Shown here: piece after piece, positions 48,315-57,824 of the stretch
Numbering within the stretch: the stretch's first letter is position 1
Layout of the letters: each line of letters starts with the position of its first letter
From: Arenicellales bacterium
GTDB lineage: Bacteria; Pseudomonadota; Gammaproteobacteria; Arenicellales; Poriferihabitantaceae
Length of the DNA: 64,000 bases
Direction of reading: 5' to 3'
Assembly: GCA_963665165.1 (NCBI GenBank)
Contig: OY761989.1
Span: forward strand, 1,775,734-1,839,733
Made by a program: the position numbers and the translations under genes
The notes under the pieces: model-generated
Seen by the model: only the letters and a program-made list of their open reading frames with translations
Told to the model about the DNA's origin: nothing
The model's database searches: none

Positions 48315-49508
48315 TCAGCTCGTGACAGAGCCGCCCTGCAGGTAGATATCCCGCTTGGGGTAAGGAATTTCCAGGTCATGCTCCCGGAATGCCTGGCGGG
48401 TCGCCAGATAAAGCTGATGCAACGTCCGTCCGCGCAGCGCGGGTTCATCGATCCAGCACAGCAGTTCAATGTTGATCCCGCTGTCCGCAAAGCCGCGCAC
48501 ACGCACCGAGGCTTCCGGCTCCTTGCATACGCCTGGATGGTTATCCGCAACCTCCCTCAATACAACGCACACCTCTTCGAGATCAGCGTCGTATGAGGCC
48601 TGGACACTGAGACGCAGGCGCAATTTGCTCGAAGGGCCGCCGGTTTCGTTGACGATTTTCGCGTTGCCGATGACCCCGTTTGGAATAATGACTTCGATCT
48701 GGTCGCGGGTGAGCAGCCGGGTACTGCGCAAACCGATATGCGTCACCTTGCCGCGCTCGCCGGTATCCAGATTGACGTAGTCACCCAGCTTGTAAGGCAT
48801 GTCGGCGATAATGAAAAAACCCGAGAACAGGTTGGCCAGCGTGTCCTTGGCGGCAAATCCGATGGCGATACCGGCGATGCCGGCCGAGGCCAGAAACCCG
48901 ACCGGGTTGATACCCCACAGGACAAACAGGGCATAAACGCCGACCAGGATAATCAGGACCTTGAATACGATACTGAGCAAGGGTTTGCTTTGGTCATTGA
49001 TCAGTGTGACGCGGTTATTGGCCGACATCGCAGAAGTAAGAGCGCTCACCAGGCGAAATCCGAAACCCAGCCAGACCAGAATGAGAACCGAACCGGTCAC
49101 CAGAACGGCGATATCCGCGATCGCGCTATCCGGCCAACTGGAGGACAGGGCGATAATCAGGCCCACACAGACAACGGTGACGAAAACCGGCTGGTTCAGC
49201 ATGGTGATGATCTGGCTGTCTGCGACCCCGGACAGACGCGCCGCGAGTTTCCGGCCCACCGTGTTCAGCACGAATCGGCGAATGACATAAGCCAGCAGCC
49301 AGAACAGCAGCGCAATGGTGACAGCCTGGACAATCGGATACGCATCCAGAAAGTGCCAGTAAGGTTGCAGGCGGTCGGGCAACAGTTCCACAAATGCCGG
49401 CAGTTCGGCAGCCAGATCAACCGGCGTCAGTTCTGTTGTCTTTTCCGTACTTTGCTGGCTATCGGCCATCGAATCCGAATCCCGGTCATGCGTGTTGAGT
49501 ATGAACAA
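48315..49508 (-). CDS. Mechanosensitive ion channel (MscS family)
   Basis: FAAKDTLANLFSGFFIIADMPYKLGDYV...GKVTHIGLRSTRLLTRDQIEVIIPNG. Confidence 0.85.
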   Translation of the reverse strand: MFILNTHDRDSDSMADSQQSTEKTTELTPVDLAAELPAFVELLPDRLQPYWHFLDAYPIVQAVTIALLFWLLAYVIRRFVLNTVGRKLAARLSGVADSQIITMLNQPVFVTVVCVGLIIALSSSWPDSAIADIAVLVTGSVLILVWLGFGFRLVSALTSAMSANNRVTLINDQSKPLLSIVFKVLIILVGVYALFVLWGINPVGFLASAGIAGIAIGFAAKDTLANLFSGFFIIADMPYKLGDYVNLDTGERGKVTHIGLRSTRLLTRDQIEVIIPNGVIGNAKIVNETGGPSSKLRLRLSVQASYDADLEEVCVVLREVADNHPGVCKEPEASVRVRGFADSGINIELLCWIDEPALRGRTLHQLYLATRQAFREHDLEIPYPKRDIYLQGGSVTS

Positions 49509-49805
49509 AGAGTATAAAGCACATTCCGATCAGGGTACAAACACCCCGACGTCATCCCCGCATCTTCTCATCTCATCCCTCTCCCTGGACAGTAACCGTT
49601 CGAGCAAGCCATAGGGTCGACCTCTTGCGAATTTGCTCTCAATGGCGACCGAGTAACCGACGAAGCGCCCCCTCATCTCCATCGGGACTTGGGGCAGAAA
49701 GTGGAGATTACTCGTGGGGGCGGAACGATATGGTCGGGTTCTCCAGCTACGTAAAGGGATTTCACGGCCGGCGAGACATAGATCGAAGTCAGATTCAAAC
49801 TGCGG

Positions 49806-51308
49806 TTGGCGCTGGGCACCCGGACCAGTTGGCTCGAAGAAGATTATGTCGGCCGCTCACCCCATTACAAGTTGACCATCGGCAACGAAGATAAGGACTT
49901 CTTCCGCGACTCGATTCTGACCGGGACATCCGCCACCAGCCCCAAGACCCGGGCGCAGGTTCGGCTACAAAGCGCCCAAAAGTTCTTCCGCGACCGGTTC
50001 GATCAACAACAGGAAGAAGACCGGAATGGGCACCGCGACTTCCTGATTGACTTCAAGAGGCGGATTGACCGACTGCAGGTCATGCTGTACATCGTGCCGT
50101 CGAACGCCGAAGCGGTCCGGATGTTTGAAACGGTGAACGACCGCGGGAGCCCGCTGACCAATCTGGAAAAGACGAAGAGCATCCTGATGTACGCCTCATA
50201 CCTCGTTGTGGAAGACTCCGCCACCCTGGACAAGCTGCTCTCCGATATGAACGGCCACTTCTCAGAAATCTACAGGTGCTTCCAAGACATCGAGGACGGG
50301 CTCGGGCTTCGAGATGCTGGCGAGATTCAGCGCTATCACCATGTCATTTTCTTCGGCCAAAGAACTTTGCCCAAGCATATGCAGGAGCTCAAGAAGCGCC
50401 TCATGGAGAAGAGCCGGGAAGATCGGGAAGACTGTAAACACTTCATTTACGAGTATGCCCGCAGCCTCCGGCAGGCGTTCGGAACGATGCAGGACATCGC
50501 GAGGCGCAGGCGGGACGGAAGTGGGCTCGGGAGGGCAATCGACAGGCTATTCTTGGTCGGGAGCGTTGGGAACCTGTATCCGCTCCTGATCGCCGCTTGG
50601 CAGAAGTTCGGGGAGGACTCGGAGCGCGAGGAGATCCTCCGTCTGTTCGAGATCTTCGTATTCCGGGTCTACCACGTCGTGAGATGGCGGAGCCATACTG
50701 GCCGAAGCGTATTGAACTCGCTAGCCCATCGTGTCTACCAAGAGGATTTCGCCGTCGGCGATTTCCAGCAGAAGTTGAGGGAACTTAATGACTACTACAT
50801 CACCGACGATCAGTTCCGTGGGGAATTGTCTGGGACGCGCTGCTACGAGAGTCTCGGCACTAGAACGGTCAAGTATCTGCTTGCACAGTACGAGCACGAG
50901 CTCCAAGCGGACGAACAGATTCCGCTACCCCTCGCGGAGATCCTCTCACCCGAGTTCGAGACTGAGCATATCCTGCCGCAGCACCCGGCCGGGGGGCTGG
51001 ATGAAGAAACAGCGGAGGCCCACGAGAAGATCGTCCATCAGCTAGGCAACTTGACCATCGCATCGAAGAAATGGAACCAGATCATGGGCAACCGTACCTT
51101 TGAGGAGAAGCGGGACGGAAAAGGAGACAAGAAGATTTGTTACCGTAATTCGAGTCTGCATATTCAGCGCGAATTGGAAAAGTACGAGCAATGGGGCGAA
51201 TCAACCATTCAAGAGCGCGGAAACGAGATCATCGACTTCGCCATGGAACGCTGGCGAATCAATCCCACGGCTGACCCAGAGGCGGAAGCGGCCCAAGCAT
51301 CCGACTGA
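49806..51308 (+). CDS. DUF262/DUF1524 (GmrSD-like) nuclease family protein, N-terminal region apparently eroded
   Basis: The MFETVNDRGSPLTNLEKTK middle motif and the C-terminal DUF1524-type FETEHILPQHP...LGNLTIASKKWNQIMGNRTFEEK are present. No DGQQR motif is seen. The ORF begins at a TTG, with an in-frame stop at 49779. Confidence 0.65.
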   Translation: MALGTRTSWLEEDYVGRSPHYKLTIGNEDKDFFRDSILTGTSATSPKTRAQVRLQSAQKFFRDRFDQQQEEDRNGHRDFLIDFKRRIDRLQVMLYIVPSNAEAVRMFETVNDRGSPLTNLEKTKSILMYASYLVVEDSATLDKLLSDMNGHFSEIYRCFQDIEDGLGLRDAGEIQRYHHVIFFGQRTLPKHMQELKKRLMEKSREDREDCKHFIYEYARSLRQAFGTMQDIARRRRDGSGLGRAIDRLFLVGSVGNLYPLLIAAWQKFGEDSEREEILRLFEIFVFRVYHVVRWRSHTGRSVLNSLAHRVYQEDFAVGDFQQKLRELNDYYITDDQFRGELSGTRCYESLGTRTVKYLLAQYEHELQADEQIPLPLAEILSPEFETEHILPQHPAGGLDEETAEAHEKIVHQLGNLTIASKKWNQIMGNRTFEEKRDGKGDKKICYRNSSLHIQRELEKYEQWGESTIQERGNEIIDFAMERWRINPTADPEAEAAQASD

Positions 51309-51593
51309 AATAGGGCAAGACCTCCGACCTTTGACGACCTCTCCGCCTCCACATCGGTCTCTGGGGGGTTCGAAGGGCAAACTCCTCGCCAACCCCGTTT
51401 GCCTTACGAGGGACTCCCCACCCTACCCGTACCCCTCGGAGACTCGATATCGTCGGTCCTGGGCGACCCTGCGTCCCGTAAGTTACCCGAAAAGCCCTCG
51501 GCACCCATAACCTGCCGGTATCCACTCCTTATATTTGCAAAACCTCGAAAATAGTTTTATTATTATATAATCTTTAGTAGCAGGAACTTTCCT

Positions 51594-51848
51594 ATGAAAA
51601 CCGTTTCCATCAGACAATCCGGTGGCTCCAATATCGTCAGCATTCCCAAAGTGATCGCCCAAACGTTGAATCTGACGGTTGGATCGAAGCTTGACCTGTC
51701 AATCAGGGACAATTGTATTGTGCTGACGCCAATCTGGAAAGAACCCGCGCTGGAAAAACTGTTAGCCGGGAGTCCCGGAAAATGTTTTGCAGTGACCGAG
51801 GAAGACCGAGAGTGGATTGATGCCGCGCCTATCGGCAAAGAGATCTGA
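51594..51848 (+). CDS. mazE: MazE/PemI-type (AbrB/SpoVT fold) antitoxin
   Basis: MKTVSIRQSGGSNIVSIPKVIAQTLNLTVGSKLDLSIRDNCIVLTP. Its stop overlaps the toxin ATG. Confidence 0.8.
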   Translation: MKTVSIRQSGGSNIVSIPKVIAQTLNLTVGSKLDLSIRDNCIVLTPIWKEPALEKLLAGSPGKCFAVTEEDREWIDAAPIGKEI

Positions 51849-52177
51849 TGTACATCCCGGACCAGGGTGATATCGTTTTGTTCAGTTTCGACCCGAGTTC
51901 CGGCAAGGAAATCATGAAACGTCGGCCAGCATTCGTGATCTCGAAACGCATATTTAATGAACACACCGGCTTTGCGGTAGTGGCGCCAATAACAAGCACG
52001 ATTCGCAATATGCGTCTGGAGGTCGTGTTACCGGAAGGAATGACCACGACTGGTTCAGTGTTGATTCATCAAATGAAATCACTCGACTTCAAGGATCGGC
52101 AGGCTGAGCACATCGAAACCGCGCCTGTGGCCACCACCCGGAAAGTCCTCGAAATAACCAAAGCCGTTATTTCCTGA
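51848..52177 (+). CDS. mazF: MazF/PemK-type mRNA interferase toxin
   Basis: MYIPDQGDIVLFSFDPSSGKEIMKRRPAFVISKRIFNEHTGFAVVAPITS... Confidence 0.85.
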   Translation: MYIPDQGDIVLFSFDPSSGKEIMKRRPAFVISKRIFNEHTGFAVVAPITSTIRNMRLEVVLPEGMTTTGSVLIHQMKSLDFKDRQAEHIETAPVATTRKVLEITKAVIS

Positions 52178-52481
52178 AATTCAGGAATTCAATCTCGATG
52201 AAGGCGCACTCGAACCCGTTGCCGTTGATGACGTCATGTTCTACCCCCGCGTTTCTGAAATAGGGAACGCCGTTTTTCATGTGTGCCCTGACGATCTCTC
52301 CGTCTCCCGAATCAATTTCGAGAAAACCATCAAACAGCGGCACAACCACATAGTCGTATTCATGCCGATGCCAGCCGGTATTGTCTCCTTGCCGCAAGAA
52401 CCGCCATTCGGTTACCCGGGTTGTCCGGTTTTCTATCAGAACCGCAGGTATCGCTATGCCTTTTGTGGATTTATCATTCAT
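52167..52481 (-). CDS. Cupin domain protein
   Basis: 104 aa with GWHRHEYDYVVVP...VEHDVIN beta-barrel motifs. Confidence 0.65.
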   Translation of the reverse strand: MNDKSTKGIAIPAVLIENRTTRVTEWRFLRQGDNTGWHRHEYDYVVVPLFDGFLEIDSGDGEIVRAHMKNGVPYFRNAGVEHDVINGNGFECAFIEIEFLNFRK

Positions 52482-52616
52482 CTCGTGCCGTGCCCTGTTG
52501 CCGGTGAATTTCCGTGTTGGTCATCCTGAGTATACCCGACAATACAAGCGTGGAATTAATGGGCGCCACCAAATACAATTCAGAACCGTCAAAATCAACT
52601 CAAGGCAACGAAAACC

Positions 52617-53327
52617 ATGAACCGGAACAACCCGGACCAACCCGCCTCCACCGAACTCGAAATCATTGAAATCCAGACCGGACTGGACCCTGGAACAACC
52701 ATAATCTGGCTGCATGGACTCGGAGCCGACGGGCATGATTTCGTCCCGGTTGCCGATCAACTTGAACTGCCGGCCAACGCCGCCTTCCGGTTTGTGTTCC
52801 CGCATGCTCCGCTGCGCTCGATCACCATCAATAACGGCATGGTCATGCGAGGCTGGTATGACATCCGGAACATACCGCTCGAAGCAGACGAAACAGGACG
52901 GGCAGACCGGCCGGGGCTGGAACAGTCCTGCGGGATTGTCCGGGATTTGATTGCACAGGAGAACCGGCGGGGGATTGCCGCCGACCATATATTCCTGGCC
53001 GGGTTTTCCCAGGGAGGTGCCGTTGCGCTGTTTTCCGGTTTGAGGTTTCCGTGTGCCCTGGCGGGCATCATTGCGTTATCGGCTTATCTGCCGGATCCGG
53101 ATTCAATCGAAGCCGAACGCTCCGCCCGGAACCGCGCCACGCCGATTTTCATGGGCCATGGCAATCAGGACCCGGTGATTCCGGTCGGCGCGGGGCGACA
53201 CAGTTACCGAACGCTCGCCGAGGCCGGGTACAATGTCAACTGGCATACCTACGATATGCCTCATTCCGTGCACCCTGAAGAGATTCGGGATATTGCGCGC
53301 TTTATCCGGAAACATTCAGGAACCTGA
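52617..53327 (+). CDS. Alpha/beta hydrolase, phospholipase/carboxylesterase family
   Basis: IIWLHGLGADGHDF, nucleophile elbow GFSQGGAVAL, and MGHGNQDPVIP. Confidence 0.85.
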   Translation: MNRNNPDQPASTELEIIEIQTGLDPGTTIIWLHGLGADGHDFVPVADQLELPANAAFRFVFPHAPLRSITINNGMVMRGWYDIRNIPLEADETGRADRPGLEQSCGIVRDLIAQENRRGIAADHIFLAGFSQGGAVALFSGLRFPCALAGIIALSAYLPDPDSIEAERSARNRATPIFMGHGNQDPVIPVGAGRHSYRTLAEAGYNVNWHTYDMPHSVHPEEIRDIARFIRKHSGT

Positions 53328-54656
53328 TCAAGGTCCGCCGGGTATCGAACGCACCAGTTGCGGATAATAATAATACAGTGTCAGGGTTCTCAACACCATG
53401 AAACAGGTCAATCCGAGAAAGAGCCCATGATTCCCGTAGACGGTCTGGAAGGCTATCGCGAGAACCAGGTACCCGATCGTCGAAACCATCATGGCGTTAC
53501 GCATTTCCCTCGCATGCCCTGTGCCGATAAATATTCCATCCAGCTGATAGCTCCAGCAGGATACGATCGGGGCGATGACCATCCAGATCAAATACCGGTC
53601 GGCCGTGCGGATGACTTCGGTCGCGTCGGTAAACAACGCCACGACCACGTTTCCGAACAGGAGGTAAGCGACGCTGACCAGCGCCGCCATCCCCGCCGAC
53701 CAGAGGGTGGTCAACCAGGCCGCCCGCTTGAATCGGTCCCGATCCCGGGCGCCGTAGGCGCTGCCTCCCATGGCCTCGACCGCATGGGCAAAACCATCCA
53801 GTCCATAGGCCATGATCGTCTGGAAATGAAGCAGTATCGTGTTTACCGCCAGAATCAGCTCCCCATGCGCGGCGCTTTGCGCGGTAAAGAACGCGAAGGA
53901 AAAAACCAGGCAGATCGTGCGAATGAAAATATTGCCGTTGGTGCGCGCCATCGCTTTCAATGCGTCCGCTTCGAATATGTCCGGCCACCGCAATCTGTCA
54001 AGCGCTCTGGACAATGGCTTCCGCAACAGGTAAAACCCGCAAAGGGCGGCGCTGTATTCCGCGATCAGTGTGGCCCAGGCCACTCCCGGCACCCCCAGTT
54101 CAAGAATCGGGACGAACAACAGGTCCAGCCCGACATTGGTCAGGTTCAGAACCAGTTGCAGAACCAGCGCCAGACGGGTCTGATGCATGCCGACGAAAAT
54201 ACCGGTGAAGACATAGACGCAAAGAGTGGCGGGCGCGCCCCAGACCCGAATCAGGGAATACTCGGCAGCCAGCGTTTCGACGGCCTCACTGCTGTCAATC
54301 AGATACAGGGCCAGTCCGACCAGTGGATTTCCCAGAATGATCACAGCCAGGCCCAGGACGAATCCCAGCAGAATAAACCGCAGCATGGTGCCGGAAATCG
54401 AATCCTGATCATCGGCGCCATGGGCGCGGGCAATGAATCCGGTAACGCCCATCTTCAGGAAACCGAATCCCCAGTAGATGAAACTGAAGATCAGCGCCCC
54501 CAGGGCGACCGCTCCAATAGGATGCAGTCCCGGTAAATGGCCAACCACAGCGGTATCCACCGCCCCCACCAGAGGCACCGAAATATTCGAAATAATCATC
54601 GGTCCCGCCAACGCCCAGACCGTGCGATGGGAAATTTCCTGCGTTGGCGGAGTCAT
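53328..54656 (-). CDS. MATE-family efflux transporter
   Basis: MTPPTQEISHRTVWALAGPMIISNISVPLVGAVDTAVVGHL followed by 12 helices. ATG 54656 is preferred over the track start at 54725. Confidence 0.85.
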   Translation of the reverse strand: MTPPTQEISHRTVWALAGPMIISNISVPLVGAVDTAVVGHLPGLHPIGAVALGALIFSFIYWGFGFLKMGVTGFIARAHGADDQDSISGTMLRFILLGFVLGLAVIILGNPLVGLALYLIDSSEAVETLAAEYSLIRVWGAPATLCVYVFTGIFVGMHQTRLALVLQLVLNLTNVGLDLLFVPILELGVPGVAWATLIAEYSAALCGFYLLRKPLSRALDRLRWPDIFEADALKAMARTNGNIFIRTICLVFSFAFFTAQSAAHGELILAVNTILLHFQTIMAYGLDGFAHAVEAMGGSAYGARDRDRFKRAAWLTTLWSAGMAALVSVAYLLFGNVVVALFTDATEVIRTADRYLIWMVIAPIVSCWSYQLDGIFIGTGHAREMRNAMMVSTIGYLVLAIAFQTVYGNHGLFLGLTCFMVLRTLTLYYYYPQLVRSIPGGP

Positions 54657-54796
54657 CGGGAAACCCGGGTCGGATAAAGCAGTCAGATTACAACAAACCC
54701 GCCCATAAAACAGCCGCCGAATCATTGAAAATTTAATTGGAAAACCCGAAATATTATCTTTAGAATCCGCCGGAATATCCGCTTGGAGAATCCGAC

Positions 54797-56128
54797 ATGC
54801 TGAATGACCTCCGCGCTTCCTGGGCCTTGCTGATCGGCATCGGATTCATGATGCTGGGCAATGGACTTCAGGGAACACTGCTCGGAATCCGCGCTACCAT
54901 GGAGGACTTTCCCACCTTTGTTACCGGCATCATCATGTCCGGCTATTTTTTCGGCATCCTGGCAGGGTCCATGGTCGCCCCGCGGCTGGTAGAACGAGTG
55001 GGGCACATCCGTGTCTTCGCCGCCCTGGCCTCGATGGCCTCCATTTCCATTCTCGTGCATGGCCTCCACGTCACTCCGATCAGCTGGACCGCGATGCGAT
55101 TCGTCACCGGGTTGAGTTACGCGGGCCTGTACGTGGTAGCGGAAAGCTGGCTGAACGACCGTGCCAGCAACGAGACGCGCGGCCGGCTGCTGTCCGTTTA
55201 CATGGTGATCACCACCCTTGGACTTGGCGGCGGCCAGTTTCTGCTCAATCTGGGTGACCCGATGCAGCTCGAGCTTTTCATTCTGGTTTCGATCATCGCG
55301 TCAGCCGGATTGATTCCGATCCTGCTTACGGCCAAGCCCGCCCCCGGATTTGGCCCGACCGGAAAATTGTCCTTGAGAGAACTTTACCACGCTTCGCCGC
55401 TGGCCGTGATCAGCAGTGGGTTGACCGGCGCCGCCCACGGCACCATTTTTGGAATGGGACCGGTTTATGCAGCCCAGGTTCTGGAAAGGACCGATCTGAT
55501 TTCAATTTTCATGGCGTGTGTTCTGCTGGGCGGCCTGGTTACCCAATGGCCGATCGGCTGGTTGTCAGACCGGATCAACCGCAGGATCACCCTCTCCGCT
55601 CTTTGTACGGTGTCCATAGTCGTTTGCGTCGCCGCCATGTTGCTGGTAAAAGGCAGTATCGCCTACTTCGTCGCTATTGCGATCCTGGGCGGGACAGCAA
55701 TACCCATGTATGCGTTGAACATCGCTTATGCCAATGACCGGTTGAGACCGGATCAGATCGTAGCGGCCAGCAGCAGCCTGGTGATGCTGACCGGAATCGG
55801 TTTGAGTACAGGCCCGATTGCCGTATCGTTCCTGATGGGTCAGTTCGGGTCCGCTCTCTTCTTCGTTGGAATCGCACTGTTCTTCGCCCTGATCCTGGCG
55901 TTTTCAGCCTGGCGTATGCGTATTTCCGAGGCTATTGCCCCAAGCGACCAGAGTCCGGTAATTGCGGCCGGGTTGATCGGCACCCCGGTTTCGGAATATA
56001 TGGCGCCCGACGCGGAAGATTATGTTGAAGCGCTGCTTCAGGATGAATTGCACCTGCTGGACGAGCAAAGCGCCAATGAAGAAAACCGGTCACCCCATAA
56101 AGATACAGGAGGAAAACCGAACCGATGA
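54797..56128 (+). CDS. MFS transporter
   Basis: 443 aa with 12 hydrophobic helices and a GRLLSVYM-type loop. Confidence 0.8.
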   Translation: MLNDLRASWALLIGIGFMMLGNGLQGTLLGIRATMEDFPTFVTGIIMSGYFFGILAGSMVAPRLVERVGHIRVFAALASMASISILVHGLHVTPISWTAMRFVTGLSYAGLYVVAESWLNDRASNETRGRLLSVYMVITTLGLGGGQFLLNLGDPMQLELFILVSIIASAGLIPILLTAKPAPGFGPTGKLSLRELYHASPLAVISSGLTGAAHGTIFGMGPVYAAQVLERTDLISIFMACVLLGGLVTQWPIGWLSDRINRRITLSALCTVSIVVCVAAMLLVKGSIAYFVAIAILGGTAIPMYALNIAYANDRLRPDQIVAASSSLVMLTGIGLSTGPIAVSFLMGQFGSALFFVGIALFFALILAFSAWRMRISEAIAPSDQSPVIAAGLIGTPVSEYMAPDAEDYVEALLQDELHLLDEQSANEENRSPHKDTGGKPNR

Positions 56129-56463
56129 ACGAAGCCGTGAAAGGAAGACAGATCATACGAACCCGGAGTACCGCATTTGGCGAATATTCCTGGGATCCCG
56201 AAAACACCCGCATCCGTATGCTGAGTCTCAGTTACGACCCTGAATCCGGACAAGGCTCCTATATCATGCGAATGGAGCCGGGCGCTGAAACCGAAGTCCA
56301 TACCCATGAATACAACGAGGAATATTTCATCATCGAGGGTGACCTGGTTGAACCGGACGGTACCGCGCTCGGACCTGGAGACATGGTTATTTTCAAACCG
56401 GGGACGCAGCATAACAGCCGCACCGTCAACGGCTGCCTGCTGATTGCAATAGACTACGCCTGA
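56125..56463 (+). CDS. Cupin domain protein
   Basis: 112 aa: EVHTHEYNEEYFIIEGDLVEPDG...GDMVIFKPGTQH. The ATG overlaps the MFS stop (ATGA). Confidence 0.65.
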   Translation: MNEAVKGRQIIRTRSTAFGEYSWDPENTRIRMLSLSYDPESGQGSYIMRMEPGAETEVHTHEYNEEYFIIEGDLVEPDGTALGPGDMVIFKPGTQHNSRTVNGCLLIAIDYA

Positions 56464-56500
56464 AACGCGGGCCGGTAACCGGCGCTGATCCCGCGCTTTT
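56463..56500. terminator. Putative bidirectional intrinsic terminator
   Basis: cgcggg (56466-71) pairs with cccgcg (56090+400: 56490-95), with an inner ccgg-taa-ccgg stem. It is followed by TTTT and preceded by AAA. It sits between convergent genes. Confidence 0.4.
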
Positions 56501-56502
56501 AC

Positions 56503-56883
56503 CTATATCAACCCGAGTAGCGCATATCCCCACAGGCCACCGCTCAGGATCAGGGACATCAGTACCGCAGCGCTCCCCGCATCCTTGGCTTTTTTCGCTT
56601 CACGGTGAAACTCCCTCGTAATCATGTCCACCACGGTCTCAACAGCGGTGTTCAACAACTCGGCAACCAGCACCAGGGCATGACTGAACAAAATGACGGC
56701 CTTGAGCCAGGGATCGAAGGGCAGATACAGACAAACGGCGGACAGCAATACGGCAACAACGACTTCCAGTCTGAAAGCGGCCTCCTCACGCCAGGCAACC
56801 CGAAATCCGTCGATTGAATGAAACAAAGCCCGCCACAGTCGGGGGCCGGTGACGGATTGGGGAATTTCCGGCTGTTTATTCAT
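56503..56883 (-). CDS. dgkA: Diacylglycerol kinase
   Basis: 126 aa: RLWRALFHSIDGFRVAWREEAAFRLEVV...NTAVETVVDMI...AKDAGSAAV. Confidence 0.85.
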   Translation of the reverse strand: MNKQPEIPQSVTGPRLWRALFHSIDGFRVAWREEAAFRLEVVVAVLLSAVCLYLPFDPWLKAVILFSHALVLVAELLNTAVETVVDMITREFHREAKKAKDAGSAAVLMSLILSGGLWGYALLGLI

Positions 56884-56948
56884 ATGGGAAATGATACCAG
56901 CCCCGCCAACAGGTTGACAGGGCCGGATTTACTGTATACTGCGTTGCC

Positions 56949-57752
56949 ATGAAGATCGCAAGACTGCAACCGGCAGAGGGATCGCCCTGTTACGCCATTG
57001 ATCACGGTGGCCGGCGCTATACCGAAGCCGCAGGCAACCTGTACCAGGGTCTGGCAGATACCGGGAAGGCGGTTTCCGGAAAGCTTCTGTCTCCCGTCCT
57101 GCCGACCGATATCTACTGCATCGGTCTGAATTACGCCAGGCACGCGAAAGAAGGGAAGCAGGAAATCCCGGAACGCCCGGTACTGTTTTTCAAATCCACG
57201 TCCTCACTGCAAAATCCCGAAGACCCGATTATCCTGCCGCGAAAATTGCCCAGCGAAAAAGTGGATTTTGAAGCCGAACTGGCAGTGGTGATCGGCAAAA
57301 CCTGCCACAACGTTTCAAGACAGGACGCGCTCAATCATGTCCTGGGTTATTCCTGCGCGAACGACGTCAGCGCCCGCGACTGGCAACGGCTGGGAGGCGG
57401 CGGCCAGTGGTGCCGCGGGAAAACATTTGCCACGTTCTGCCCACTGGGTCCGCTACTGGTTACCGCCGATGAAATCCCGAATCCAAACGCATTGGCCATA
57501 AAGAGCCATCTGAACGGGCAAACCATGCAGGACTGGAACACGGATGACATGATATTCGATGTCCCTGCCCTGATCGAATTCCTGAGTGGTAGCGCCATAC
57601 TGAGTCCGGGCAGTATCATACTGACAGGTACCCCCCATGGAGTCGGATTCGCCCGCAACCCCCCGGTTTTTCTCAAGCCGGGAGACCGGATCACGATCGA
57701 GATAGAAAATATCGGGCGCCTGACAAACCCGGTTATCGAAGAAGAGGTCTGA
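56949..57752 (+). CDS. Fumarylacetoacetate hydrolase (FAH) family protein
   Basis: IYCIGLNYARHAKE...VDFEAELAVVIGK...GTPHGVGFAR. Confidence 0.85.
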   Translation: MKIARLQPAEGSPCYAIDHGGRRYTEAAGNLYQGLADTGKAVSGKLLSPVLPTDIYCIGLNYARHAKEGKQEIPERPVLFFKSTSSLQNPEDPIILPRKLPSEKVDFEAELAVVIGKTCHNVSRQDALNHVLGYSCANDVSARDWQRLGGGGQWCRGKTFATFCPLGPLLVTADEIPNPNALAIKSHLNGQTMQDWNTDDMIFDVPALIEFLSGSAILSPGSIILTGTPHGVGFARNPPVFLKPGDRITIEIENIGRLTNPVIEEEV

Positions 57753-57824
57753 AGCGCTGCATGGGCATGGTTGCAATACCTGCCCACACAGTGTAAAAGT
57801 TTGTTGCCAACAAGCTCACCACCC

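Noticed and set aside
51309-51593. GC-rich spacer with nested stems (gggcaaac…gtttgcc) between the GmrSD-like gene and mazE, considered as an integron attC site or ncRNA
   Set aside because: There are no GTTRRRY/RYYYAAC core sites, no integrase and no recognisable RNA family features. The stems are short.
53358-54536. 392-aa plus-strand ORF antisense to the MATE transporter
   Set aside because: The shadow product is hydrophilic and Gln/Arg/Asp-rich. The minus strand encodes a convincing 12-TM MATE protein.
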